64,000 bases of DNA from Felis catus (GCF_018350175.1 NC_058368.1:77812001-77876000); one strand, 5' to 3'. Shown: positions 48,780 through 61,590, counted from the first letter of the stretch. The notes: generated by a model not told the origin, from the sequence alone. Numbers and translations are program-made.

Positions 48780-49360
48780 TACATCATTACTTTCTGGATT
48801 AGCGTAACAGCTTCTTAACTACTATCTTAGCCCAAGATCCCACTCCAACCAAACATTCAAGATACGTTTTCTAAAATATCGATTGATCGATCGATCAAAC
48901 GATCGATCTCTGTCCCTTTGACGAATTCCCTCTGTCCAATGAGATTAAGTCCATTCTGTCACACAAGCAGCACTTTACAGTTTGCTAGACTGCCTGTTTT
49001 CTCTCACCTCTCTCTGCCCCTCTGAGGTCGCTCCCCCACTGCAGGGATTCTGTCTCACTCATCACCTCCCTGTCTATCATGGCTCCTCTGACTTTGGGGC
49101 CCTTTGTTGAGTTCATTAATGTTCCCGAAACACTTCAACATCCACATATGACTGGCAAGAATCTCAGGTGTCATCCTCTGCCCAAACACACAATTAAATA
49201 ACCAGGATTTCTCAGAGTACTCAAAAGCCATCATTGTACACAGCTAGTGAATCATTCTCATCCACTAGAGCCCCCCAAAGTAGGAATACTGTTTTTATCA
49301 TCTTTCTACCTGCTCTCCCCGTCATAGAGAAGCTCTCAATACATATCTGTTGAATGAATA
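48780..49360 (+). mobile_element. Degenerate L2
   Basis: ctggattagcgtaacagcttcttaact start; tail ctcaatacatatctgttgaatgaata. Confidence 0.55.
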
Positions 49361-51044
49361 ATTGGGACAAATTTATATTTTTAGTTATAATGATTAATAG
49401 CTGGTTTAGATGTTATTTTCCGTATGCAGGTGTGACCTAAGTCCAGTATAAAAAGGCAAATGTTTCGAGACAAAAAGAAGTTCTGAAATACAGTTTACAA
49501 AACATGCATGGGTTGTCATGTTACGACATATTTTTAATACTCTCATCCCTGGGGTGATGGATAGATGAGGGCTCATGCTCATCCCACAGGCACTGAGGCC
49601 ATTACCTTGGTAACTCAACTCAAACCACCCAGTGTTGTGAATCTATGGACCTAAATGTCTAAATATAATGCTATCCTGGGAATATCATCTTATGTTGGCA
49701 AAACGGCTTGTTTTTTCCTATTGCTGTATTCCGTGTCTTCTTTAATGAGCATGTAATGATAAAACCTGGCAAAATATGGTGCCAGCCCTGCTACCCTGTG
49801 CTGGGGGTTCAGCTGCACCCCCTGTACACACTGCTCATTACTCTACAGATGAGAACTAGCCTCTGAGCATAAAATATTTTAATAATGTGAAAAGAAAACT
49901 TTAAGGGGAAAATACCATCTTTTGAGATAGCAGCTAAAAAAAATCATTGCAATTTTGAGTTTTACTTAAGATAGGAGACAATGGCTTTGAAAATTGGGCA
50001 AACGTAGCGGAAGCAGTGCCCACTGAGGTTACCCAACACCCAGAATTCAGACTGGAAGCAGTCTCCAGAGTTTTCTATTCCAGAAGGCAGGCTATACGTG
50101 AGCCTGGCGCACAGCAGGACCCATACCTGAAAGTCGTTTGGCTGGTGGATTACACTGACTTGAGTCACGCACAGACCTGCCAGGACCTCGGGTAGCAGAT
50201 GATTTGTTTTCTTTATGATAAGCTCCCACAAATCCTTGCTGATATCAAACTGAGGGACAACTCAGCTTGCCTGGTACAGATTAAATACAGCCAGAAATGT
50301 TAGAAATATTTCCCACAAGTTCCTTCCTATTTTTCAGAGGCAAATCAGCCACATTATAATATTCTTGCCTTTCTTGCTCACTCTCTTCCCTTCTCTCTCT
50401 CTCTCTCTCTGTCTTTCTTTTCTCCTCTTTCCCTTTCCTCATCAAAGTTGTGACCTACAGGCCTTAGAAAATGACAAAAACACAATGTCTTGGTCCTCCA
50501 CGCTTCATATTCTGGATTTAAAATTTTAAATTCACACGTTAATATATTGATAACAACATATGAGAGCTATCATTTACATAATACGTGTAACTCACAGAAC
50601 ATCTTTGCATATGCCCTGAGTCTGATGTACCACATCATAGCGTAAGTATCTGTAATAGGATATACATATTTTCAATGGCTAGACCTCTGTATCTATCTTT
50701 GTATCTATGTATCTATATATTTATGTCTCCATCTAGCCCCCCCCCCCCCCACACACACACACACACTCGTTTGATTGCTTTACCTGTCTTTTCCTCCAAT
50801 TCACATCTCTGTGTGGCCCTTCTGGATTCCGGTCCCTGGGGTAGGAAGCTCACACGAGGAGGGCTGGGAAGACCTGACCTTGACTGACAGCTGCATAAGA
50901 CCCCTTTCTATATCTTCTTCAGTCTCCTCTGACCTCTCTTCTTTCCCCTTCCTTAGGAACCCACCTTCCTGATAACATTTCCAACTTTTGTGGTTTCCAC
51001 ATATGGGTACATTCCACTGATTCTCTACTACTTTATCTTTCACC

Positions 51045-51140
51045 TTTTTTTTTTTTTTTAAAGTAAGCTCTACGCCAAACATGAGGCTCGAACTCATGAT
51101 CAAGGGCCTCATGCTCCATTGTCTGAGCGGCCATATGTCC
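51045..51140 (-). mobile_element. Short tRNA-like Can-SINE (SINEC_old-like)
   Basis: Reverse complement gggacatatggccgctcag...gagttcgagcctcatgtttggcgtagagcttacttt plus poly(A); no CT tract. Confidence 0.75.
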
Positions 51141-52487
51141 CTCTCCTCCACCATCTTGTAATAACTTCTTCACAGTGTTTTCAATTGCCTCTCCAGGCTG
51201 AGGTCACCTGCCCCTAACTCCTTCACCAAACCCAATAATAGAGGGTCAAAAACAATTCCACTTTCAGCTGCTTCCATCCAGAAGTCTTGAAGGCGAAATT
51301 TGATAGCAGTTTGTATTTAAATAGTTTATAATGCAAATATATACAGGTCAATGACTTCAAGATAAAATGAGCATCAATGTTATATTCAAAATGAATGAGG
51401 AAATACATGTATACGATTATTGTATTATGTGTTCTCTAGAGAAAGCAAGCCCAGAAAAATAAAAATGGAAACTTTTCTGACAGGTCTCATGAAAAAACAT
51501 GGAAGTGCAGGTGTGTAAATTCACTGACGATTTCAATTAATGCAGCTCTTTTTTTTAAAAACTAGCACCTGTCTTCAGTGAGACTTGGCACGCTAAATAA
51601 GGCATGCATGTATTTTTAGAAAAGGGGAATAATTGATCTGGTGAGTTTACAATCCTACCCCATTTTTTTAATTTTGGGGAGGAGGAAACAAGCTTTGCTT
51701 ACAAGCAGCAGAATGGTTGAGCAGTATATTCAGGTACACAGACGTGTATCGTTTGACACAAAAGCAGACAATTGCTGCAGTTAGTGACATTTCAAAAATA
51801 AATATTTAAAGTTCTCCATGTATAGAAAACACACATATAAAATACAGGTATAAGAAATTCTCAAAACAGTCATGTAAAATACAAAGAAAATCAGGTGAGG
51901 GCATGTAGGAACTCGTTTGAACTATGCCAACACTGAACAAATCATAGACACCTAGAGCATAAGTAGCTGGGATGGATCATTTCTAGGCTCATCTCAAGCT
52001 CCCTCTTTCTACCAACTCCACACGTTACAGATGAAATTTCACGTTCCCTGTGAAATGATCATTCTATGCTGTTAATGCTGAAACATTAGCTTATCACTAG
52101 TTTTACTACTGCTCAATTCATTCTCTCCCTCCCCAGATCTCTGTGATGCTTTATGACCTAGACCTCATAATGGTCACATTACCATCTTTCTAAACCTCTT
52201 TTCTCTTTTCTTCCCTCCTTGTTAAGACGTTCAGTAATAATAACAAAGCAAATCCAGACAATATTCTTTTAAGTTTGCATTCATTTGTCCAACATTTTGT
52301 TTTTCACATATATGTATATTTGTATAAAGATATGACAGTGTGTGTGTATATATACGTGTGTGTAATAGTATGCATACATATAAGACTATATGCATATATG
52401 TATATATATCACAAAATTGGTCAATTTTTCTCACATTGTTGTTCTAGATACTATTTTGCTCAGAAAATTATTGGGTTTTAAGAATAG

Positions 52488-52647
52488 TTTTTAATTCTTT
52501 AATTTTTTTAATTATTGATTTTTTAATTTAAATCCAAATTAATAGACAGTGTAATCATGGTTTCAGGAGTAGAATTTAGTGATTCATCATTTACATACGA
52601 CAACCGGTACTCATCCCAACAAGTGCCCTCCTTAATGCCCATTATCA
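52488..52647 (-). mobile_element. Extreme 3' end of a carnivore L1
   Basis: tttcaggagtagaatttagtgattcatcatttacatac...caagtgccctccttaatgccca, homologous to the element at 12223. Confidence 0.85.
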
Positions 52648-52674
52648 ACATATTTTTAAAAAACCAGGATATGT

Positions 52675-52892
52675 GGGGCACCTGGGTGGCGCAGTTGGTT
52701 GAGGGACTCATTCTCGACTTTGCCTCAGGTCATGATCCTAGTTCATGAGATTGAGTCCTGTGTCAGGCTCTGTGCTGAGCATGGATGTTGTTAGGGACTC
52801 TCTATCCCTTTCTCTCTCCCTCTCTCTCTGCATGCCTCCCCTGCTCACACACATGCGTGCAGTTTCTCCCTCCCTCCCTCTCTGTCTCTCTC

Positions 52893-52924
<32 letters not shown>

Positions 52925-52964
52925 AATAAACAAATAAACTTTAAAATAAATAAATAAATAAATG
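52675..52964 (+). mobile_element. Older Can-SINE
   Basis: Head, extended CT tract, (TAAA)n tail; degenerate TSD aaaaccaggatatgt / aaaatcaagacatgc. Confidence 0.9.
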
Positions 52965-53437
52965 AAAATCAAGACATGCTAAGTACCTGCTCTTTAGTCC
53001 CTTATGAAATTGTGTAGAATTATAGGATTGCCTCCAAGCAGGGGACCTTAGGGGGTTAATTAACAAGCATTCACTACCCAATAAGGTGTATTTAGTGAGT
53101 AGCCTCTGGGAAGGGAGGTAAGGATGACTAGGGGGGGAGGGGGAGGCAGTAAGGAAGGAACATGCTAATTTATTTTCCCTTCTTGTATACATATTTATGT
53201 TCCATCTGGGAAAGTGTAATTAATATATGTGAGCGAATCAGAGAACAAATTTGAGTATAAAACGCGTGGTGTTGCTGCAGAAGTTAAGAGAAAGCAGAAA
53301 ACTGTAGAGCTTGGAGCAGTGTAAAAGACGGATTTTTGGAGGTGGGATTTCAGCGAAATTGTGAAAGATGTAGGTGAGCAGAGAGAAAGAGCACAGAGCT
53401 GGGGAAACGATATGTAAACAGACCCGTAGGCAGTTAT

Positions 53438-53635
53438 TTCCTCCCTCTCTCCCTCCCTTCTTGCCTTCTTTCCTCCCTCCCTTCTTTCCTTCCATTAATC
53501 CTTCCTTCCTCCCTTCCTTCCTTCTTTCCTTCCTTCATTCCTTCCTCCCTCCCTCCCTCCCTCCCTCCATTCCTCCCTTCTCATTCTCTCTCTCTCAATC
53601 TTTCCCTCTCTCTCTCTCTCTCTCTCTCTTTTTCT
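53438..53635. repeat. Polypyrimidine (CCTT/CCCT)n-(CT)n tract
   Basis: About 200 bp of nearly pure pyrimidine on the + strand. Confidence 0.92.
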
Positions 53636-53837
53636 TGGTCTTTGTTTTTTTTCCCGGGAGCGAAGAACAGTAGAGTCAGGGGCAGAATCAAAGTGAAGAA
53701 TGTTGAGAGAATCCAAAAAGTCAATGATTCTCTGGGAGGCAGAAGAGAAGCAGAAAGGCAGGACCCCCAGTGTCTACATGGGGCACTGCAGCACTTTGCT
53801 GAGGGGAAGGGGAAGGATGGACTTGAGGTAGAGCAAG

Positions 53838-54169
53838 AGACAGATACCATATGGTTTCACTCTTATGTGGATCCTGAGAAACTTAACAGGAACCCATGGG
53901 GGAGGGGAAGGGAAAAAAAAAAAAGAGGTTAGAGTGGGAGAGAGCCAAAGCATAAGAGACTGTTAAAAACTGAGAACAAACTGAGGGTTGATGGGGGGTG
54001 GGAGGGAGGGGAGGGTGGGTGATGGGTATTGAGGAGGGCACCTTTTGGGATGAGCACTGGGTGTTGTATGGAAACCAATTTGTCAATAAATGTCATAAAA
54101 AAAAAAGAATGAAAAAAAATAAATAAATAAATTTTGCTCTTGACAATTTAAAAAAAAAAAAAAAAAAAA
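53838..54169 (+). mobile_element. 5'-truncated young felid L1 3' UTR with double A tail
   Basis: cagataccatatggtttcactcttatgtggatcctgagaaacttaacag...G-rich tract...gggatgagcactgggtgttgtatggaaaccaatttgtcaataaa plus A tail; second A20 at 54150-54169. Confidence 0.92.
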
Positions 54170-55759
54170 CAGAGTTCCAGTTAACTCTGAAGAGAGCTGT
54201 TTCTGGAAAGTGCTGGGAACGAGACCAGTAAGGAACGTGAGACTACGGCTACACCAACAAAGAAAGGAGTAGCTGGCCTATGCGTACATTATCTTTTGTT
54301 TCCTACTTTATATTTATCCAAATCACAAGTATTGATACATATAAGCAACAGTTAAATGACTTAAGTAAATATGAATATCTGAATGTCTTAACAACTAGAA
54401 TTCCTTCTATAAATGGTGGCGCTGTTGACTGTCACAACTTGCAAAGTCACATTCCTTCATGCACATTTCGAAGTAGTCTCTGTCTGCAGAGCATTACTTA
54501 CCAGCTGCCTTACTCTAGGAAAATTCACTTAGTCTTTTAAAATTTCAACCCCCACCCGTATAATGGTAGTGGTAATAATAGTAATGAACCTGAGGGTTTG
54601 TCTGAGGACTGTAACAGTGCACGAAGAACACCCAACCCCGTGAATAGCACATAGCTGTTATTTAATGTTTGTCATGATTATTAGTAGCAGCCCGCCAAAA
54701 GCAAAGCTACGAGTCACACAGTAAATGATTGACTTGAATAGGAAGCAAAAGCCTTTTTCAAATTTACACTTCTAATGTGGTGTCTCTACTTTAGTTTACT
54801 TGGTTATCAAACGTGTAGCCCCAAAACAGACTGAGAGACGTCGGAAGAAAAAACATCAACAGCTGTAAACACAAGCATTTCTTTTTGGAGGTATGGAAGG
54901 AAAGAGAAGTAGGAAACTATCAATTCAAAGAATGAGGGCTCTAATTAGTGTGGTTTGAATTTGTACCAAAGGAAGCATAAAGCAGGTCAACTGAGTTCCT
55001 CCTACATAGCTGAGAAGCACAAATAGTCACTACACCAAACAGTTGAATTATTGGATCCATTAACCGGCATGATTGGATCCAAAAATCAAAGTTGCCAAAC
55101 AAGAAATAAACTAGAATGAAATATGGATAAGTTTGCTCACGCATCCATCCATGGAAAGCTTTTAAACAAACACATAATTGTTTGGAATTGTCCGGTGCCA
55201 ATTCCATAGAACTTGCAAGATGAACCAAAACATTTCATTGCATAATATTTAAAAGACTGATTTGTGGTTGCTCAAGACAGAGATTGATCAAGAAGACTAT
55301 ATAATTATCTATTTATTTTCAGGGGAAAAATGCTAAAGGATAAACCTTTTGCTTTATTTCTCACTCTAACAGAATCAGACGCCTTTCTAGCGCAGAGATA
55401 CATTTATTTTATTTATTTTTACCATGCATCATTTTGCTTTGCTTCTTGATTGCTCTTTGAAGCAATGGTGGCCCTTGTTTAATTCTTCTTACACAGTTTT
55501 CTATGGGAAGCATGAAATGATAGTCGTCTTTCCAAAGCATGAAATTATAGCCGAAATCAGTCTTAACTTTATAACTTACTTAACTAGTGGCCTTCCTGTG
55601 TTTTTGTTCAGTACACCAAAGTTATTTTCTACTCTTCTTAATACTTCCTAGTCTCCACACATCTCGCTTTCTCCCGCACTTGCAGATACATAATACATGA
55701 AGTGAGCCTGATCCATGAACCTGGCTTTATTGTATCTCAAGAGAGTTCTCTCCTTGTCT

Positions 55760-56280
55760 TCCATTCAACAAATATTTATTGAATGCTTGCTGCGTGCCAG
55801 ACTCTGCTCAAAGTGCAAGGGGTGAGCAGGTAGCAGCGAATGAGGCAGGAGTGGTCCTGCTTTCATAAGTCTTATAACTGGGACAAGGCATAGGAAGAAG
55901 AGGGTGCCAGGAAACAACGAAATTAAGTCATTGCCAAATAAGGCAATCTCAGAGAGCAAGGTGCCCTTTAAAGGAGAGAAAACACAAGAGGGTAATGGAA
56001 TAAGGGGGCAGCTGAGGGCGTTTCTATGGCGTGATCAGGAAAGACCTGCAAGGAGCTGGAACCCCAGTGAATCAGAAAGCAACCACTGGAAGATTCTGGA
56101 GAAAAGCTCTCTGGGCAGAGGGAAGGGGCGGTGACCCTGAAGCGGATGGAGAGGGTGCACTGGGAGCCCTGAGAGGGATGGTGAGTCCAAAGACAAAGCT
56201 GCAGGGAAGGGGATAAGTGATGAACTCACAGGAAAGGCAGGGGGGGGGGAGAGGGAGGGGCAGGCCTCCACCCACAGGGA
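55760..56280 (-). mobile_element. L2 3' region
   Basis: cattcaacaaatatttattgaatgcttgctgcgtgccag...ggtcctgctttcat. Confidence 0.65.
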
Positions 56281-56599
56281 CAGCAGAACCAGGGATGCTC
56301 ATGTGGCTTTCATGTACGCACACACCATGCACCATGTCAAATGCTTTTCATTAACAGGCGCTCAATAAATAGTAGCTGATTGATTATTGTTGGAACAGCT
56401 GATTGATTACAGTACATTCCCAGTAAAAGCAAATTGTTCTAAGAGAAATCATGAAAAAGATGGCTGTCCCATGGAAGAGAGAATTTACCTAATACAGTCA
56501 TTTATTTTGTGGGAGGCCAAATGGATTACGTCTCATCTACCCTCTATGGATGCCAGGCTAATTTGCACGGCAAAGTCTAATGCCATCCCCTCTGCTCTT

Positions 56600-57060
56600 T
56601 GACAGAAGACAGCCTTAACCTGGAACACAAGACCTTGTGTGGTCTGACCCTTCCATACTTTTTCTCACATATCAGTCAACAAAGTCACCACTTCTCTCCC
56701 AGTGGTCCAGCCAAATAAATGGTCTAGTGCTGCAGACATGCCGGGCCATCTCTGCATTTGCTCACACTATTTACTCTACCTGGAGTGTCCTTATCCTATG
56801 CCTCCAACTAGGTGACATTTCATCTAAGAAGCCTCTTTTACTGCCCTGCCTATACTGACTGTCCTCTTCCCTTCCCCTCCCCACCTTGTCCTCACTGTCA
56901 CCTGTGCATATTTTTTACACCATTGTTTAGGAATGAACTTTATCATCACTGGATCACAGGCTTCTGCTGGACACAGGATTGGAGCATACGAACTTTTGTA
57001 TCCTTAATATGTAGGAGTAAATCTTGATATGAGATAGATATTCAATAAACAGTTAAAAGT
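56600..57060 (+). mobile_element. Degenerate L2
   Basis: gcatttgctcacactatttactctacctggagtgtcctt motif; tail tattcaataaac. Confidence 0.5.
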
Positions 57061-58349
57061 AAATGGACTTATCTACGCTTTGGTGTCATGTTTCCTACCC
57101 CAAATGGAAATGAGTGTGCCTGGCTTCATGTCCTCATAGTACCTATGCATTGTTTTATTTTTATAGCTGTAGCAACCTCTAAAGATTTATCATGAGTGGG
57201 AATGCATTCTACTTATGCTGGTATTCTCAGTACCTGAGAAAGGAAGTTGGCACATAACAAATATTTGGTGAATGTACAAATACTTGAGAAGTATCATTCA
57301 GTTTACTTTATATTATGTCTGTTTTAAACCAATCTTTAAAATCAAACGTCATCCAAGAAAATGCATGGTAAGATCATGCAAAAATCTTATATTCAGAAGG
57401 ACGCGAATCATTTAATTCTTTAAATATTCATAGTTTACCTTGCCTTCTTACTAGGGCGTTGCTTTGGTGAGTGCAAGGGAAATCATTTAAAATTATAATC
57501 AGAAGAGTCTTCTGGCAAAAGAAGAGGAAAACAAGTTTATATGGTGTTGAAAGTTATAAACAAATTCCAGGTCTCAATTGTTGAGTACCACAGCATTAGT
57601 CAGAGGAACAAAATAAAAATTATAACCTGCCTTAGAGAACATAGCCTACAGCCCAACTGATGAGACTGTGGCTTGTTTACACAGCAGTGCAAATGTTTTT
57701 AGGACTTAAAAAGTCAAGGCAATTTTTGAATGTAAGTTACAATGAAATATTCCTGGGTGTATCAGCTGATTTGGCTTTGTTTCATTGGAACATGATACTT
57801 TTATGATAAAGTCAGAATGCGTTCAAACTATTTGAGCAACATTCTCATAATCCTTCATTAATGTCACATCAGTCTGATTTCCTAAAATTTGGGATTAATA
57901 AATATAAGGCTGAAACAATGACCTACTGAGCAAGTGTTACTCAGAGTGGACTTTGGTCCATCACTTAATGGAAATATCTATAAGCAAGGAAAACAGTATT
58001 TGTGAAAATAATCCTATAAGAACTTTTTTCCTGAAGATTTCATTTGCGTGAGTGTTTTTTTTTTTAACAGCAATGATTTATTGAAACAAATACACTTGAA
58101 GTGTGTGTTACATCATTCTGAGACCCGAGAGCATTAATACTAAAAGAACCCGCAAACGCAAAGGAGTTAACATTCACTGCACTACCCTTGGACCTTGGGA
58201 CCAGTATGAGGCCCCGGGATGAGATGTGAAGGATTAAAAGGCATAAGAAGTCAGCCTTTGTAGTTGGAGAAGACAAATACAAATTTGAGGATAAAAATAA
58301 TAGTGAGAGGAATAGAAGTACTAATGGCTAAAAACAACCGACTGCTTAC

Positions 58350-58520
58350 CACCAAAAGCATGGTCCTATCTCAAGCCCTTGGTTTGAAATCATTTAATCC
58401 TGAGGTGCATACCTTAATCACTCCATTTCACAGATACAGAAATGGAAGTCCAAGGTCACACAACGGAAAGTGGCAGAGCCATCATTTGAACGTTCGTGAC
58501 GAGGCTCTAAATCCTGAATG
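58350..58520 (-). mobile_element. MIR fragment
   Basis: tcatttaatcct...ctccatttcacagatacagaaatggaag...caaggtcacacaacggaaagtggcagagcc. Confidence 0.65.
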
Positions 58521-58824
58521 CCCTTTGTATCAGCACCTATAAAATGTCATAAAAATAAAAAACTGTACTGGAGGCTCTTTACAAGTAGGGACCATGACTA
58601 TAAAGCATCTTTGCCTCTGTGAATTATGTACCACAGTGCTATGAAAATAAGTGTGTAATTATTTAAAGTTTAGTTCATAGCACCCAATTTCACGCATCAG
58701 TTTAAATATCCAGGTATCTCCAGCTACTTTGGCATGAACAGACTTCCTTAGGGAAATCTGTTCGTGCAATTCCACCCCTCTCATGTGAATAAAGAGAACA
58801 AACCTGTTAAGGTACAGGTTTATA

Positions 58825-59046
58825 GGGGTGCCTGGGTGGCTCAGTCGGTTAAGTGTCCGACTTTGGCTCAGGTCATGATCTCACGGTTTGTGGGTTCGAG
58901 CCCCGCATCGGGCTCTGTGCTGACAGCTCAGAGCCTGGAGCCTGCTCCGGATGCTGTGTCTCCCTCTCTCTCTCTGACCCTTCCCCGCTCACACTCTGTC
59001 TCTGTCTCTCAAAAATAAATAAACATTAAAAAAATCAACTAAAATA
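58825..59046 (+). mobile_element. Felid Can-SINE, full length
   Basis: TSD aaggtacaggtttata (58809-58824) / aagatacaggtttata (59047-59062). Confidence 0.95.
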
Positions 59047-59769
59047 AAGATACAGGTTTATAAACTCCTACATGGAGAAGAGTTACGTGCTCCTTATATA
59101 ACTTTTACCTACACATTCCATCTCTCTTTGGTAAAGTGCCAACAAAAGATGAGAACCATCCGGTGTAATTGTAGGATAACAATGGTCCTGTGTGGTCAAG
59201 AAAGATGTGGCTGCCCCTTTTCTTAGCATCCTTCCTCCCTTACACTTCTGTCTTCCTATCTTTTCATCAAAGATACCATTTTGACAGTCGATTTCCACGA
59301 AGAGTATGTAAGCATATGTATTCATTTATAATTTAATAATCAGTGGGATTTCAAACCTTGTTGCTTAAACTGATCAGTTATATTATCTTAGCCAAGAATC
59401 ATTTGATAGCAGCTAGCTAACCTCCAAAGGGGAATTTCTTCCAAAGACGTAGAAATATTTCATAGAGGCTAATGGCAATAAGTGTAGCTGGACCTCAAAA
59501 AAGAGGAACCAAAACCCAAGATCTCAATTTGTATTTGTTTGGTGCTTTCTTCAGCCTCTGCTCAGACCCGTGTTTCTACTTCTCAAGTGTCAGATGGCAG
59601 CCGGCCACCCAGAAGCCTCACCCTCCAGTCTGCATCAGGCAATACCAGGTTCACACAGGCCCAAGTTATGGGCTGGTGGGCTACATCAACCTCACATCCT
59701 GGACTTGGAGGGCGACTCTGCAGGGTTCAGGAGAACAACTAGGAGAGGTTTGCAAGCTGGCTCTCCACA

Positions 59770-60086
59770 CACTGTGCTCTCACATGTCTGTATATTAGAA
59801 CCACCCAGGGAACCTCCGCAGCTCAATCCTGATGCCACATATTCAATCCAAAGATCTCAGGAGTGAGATTCAGCGTCAGTTTTTCTAGCTCCGCAAGTGA
59901 TACCGACGCACAGCCAAAGTGTGACAAACAGTGCTGAGACCAAGTGAGGGCCTCGGACCAATACCACCAAACTCTCCAGGAGCCTGTTAGACAGACAGAA
60001 TCCCCCAGGACTACTGGATCACAGTCTGCATCGTAACAAAGCCCCCTGGGGATTTCTGTGCACGGTAGAAGCTGAGAAGCATTGCT
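59770..60086. mobile_element. Two adjacent MER5-family hAT-Charlie MITE relics (MER5B-like then MER5A1-like)
   Basis: ttagaaccacccaggga...caagtgataccgacgcacagccaaagtgtgacaaacagtg, then cagtgct...ggagcctgttaga...gactactggatcacagtctgcatcgtaacaa...gagaagcattg. Confidence 0.6.
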
Positions 60087-60238
60087 TCAGATGCATTACA
60101 GAACTAGTAGGAAGTGATTGCCATAACTGGTGGAGTTGTATTTTCACTAAAAGGCTGAGTGTCACTTCTTATTTGTCTATGATTCAGTTAACCAAACTAA
60201 AAATGTTGACATATGTTTGCACATAAGAAAATATCCGA

Positions 60239-60322
60239 GGGGCACCTGGGTGGCTCAGTCAGTTCAGCATCCGACTTCGGCTCAGGTCATGATCTCGCAA
60301 AATTAAATAAAAACATTAAAAA
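60239..60322 (+). mobile_element. Internally deleted Can-SINE (head joined directly to tail)
   Basis: Head to ...gatctcg, then immediately caaaattaaataaaaacattaaaaa; 5' TSD aagaaaatatccga (60225-60238). Confidence 0.85.
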
Positions 60323-60324
60323 GA

Positions 60325-60550
60325 GGGGCACCTGGGTGGCGCAGTTGGTTAAGTGTCCGACTTCAGCCAGGTCATGATCTCGCGGTCTGTGAGTTCGTGC
60401 CCCGTGTCAGGCTCTGGGCTGATGGCTCAGAGCCTGGAGCCTGTTTCCGATTCTGTGTCTCCCTCTCTCTCTGCCCCTCCCCCGTTCATGCTCTGTCTCT
60501 CTCTGTCCCAAAAAAATAAATAAATGTTGAAAAAAAATTTTTAAAAAAAA
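60325..60550 (+). mobile_element. Felid Can-SINE (SINEC_Fc-like) nested in the preceding SINE's tail
   Basis: Full-length body; the outer element's TSD aagaaaatatctga follows it. Confidence 0.95.
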
Positions 60551-60841
60551 GAAAAGAAAATATCTGAATTAAGGAAGCATTTATGCTCTCTCAAAATTAA
60601 ATAAAAACATTAAAAAAAAGAAAATATCTGAATTAAGTAAGCGTGTGTGCATTTATCCAACACATATTTGTAAAATCAAAACCATGTGATGGCTACTGTA
60701 CCAGAAATTGTAGACTTTCAGTCTCCAACAAATGAAAAAATAGACTTTCTATGCCCAGGATGTAAGACAGTAATCCTTCTGCACACTGTATGTTGTTGAC
60801 TGAAATTCAGGTCTTTTGTTCTTTCTTAAGAATCAATTTCT

Positions 60842-61048
60842 GGGGCGCCTGGGTGGCGCAGTCGGTTAAGCGTCCGACTTCAGCCAGGTCACGATCTCGC
60901 GGTCCGTGAGTTCAAGCCCCGCGTCGGGCTCTGGGCTGATGGCTCAGAGCCTGGAGCCTGTTTCCGATTCTGTGCCTCCCTCTCTCTGTGACCCTCCCCC
61001 GTTCATGCTCTGTCTCTCTCTGTCTCAAAAATAAAAAAAATTAAAAAA
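60842..61048 (+). mobile_element. Young felid Can-SINE (SINEC_Fc-like)
   Basis: Perfect TSD aagaatcaatttc (60828-60840 / 61049-61061). Confidence 0.97.
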
Positions 61049-61467
61049 AAGAATCAATTTCAATATTTATCTACCAATATCAACATACATCTCCTGAAAA
61101 TATGAATGAGATGTGTCCTGGATGAACGCTCTATTTACTTATTTATTTCTGAAACGTGTACAGGTTCTGTGAAAGGACATACTGGAAAATCAAGGAGGGG
61201 GCGTGGGCGGTTGGTGACAAAGACAAACGTGGGCACAAGTTGCTGCAAAGGGGAAGTGAGAGAGTGGACACACACGAGTCAGTGCTCAGCACCTAACACA
61301 GCCCCGCCACACTGTTGATCATTAAGGGAAGGCGCTTCTTTTCATTCCCGTGGTTTTTCCTTGTTTAACTCAGAAGCCCTTTTAGCTTTACTGAAATACA
61401 GCTGTTGTGCCTTCTCTTGAATTATGGGTATTTGAGGAAAAGACGCTTACATGGAGACCTCGTGTTG

Positions 61468-61590
61468 GAGCTTCTGGCTTCAGATCTGCTTCAGATTCTG
61501 TCTCCGTCTCTCTCTGTCCCTCACCCACTCGCGCGCTCTCTCTCAAAAATAAACATTAAAAAAATTATTTAATAAAATAAAAAAAAAGAA
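61468..61590 (+). mobile_element. Can-SINE 3' half (head missing)
   Basis: ctgcttcagattctgtctccgtctctctctgtccctc...ctcaaaaataaacattaaaa. Confidence 0.8.

Noticed and set aside
51045..51140. tRNA gene
   Set aside because: The tRNA-like A/B boxes belong to a degenerate poly(A)-tailed SINE; the same applies to all SINE heads here
59109..59187. Minus-strand 79-nt exon candidate
   Set aside because: Moderate splice sites only and no recognisable peptide in any frame
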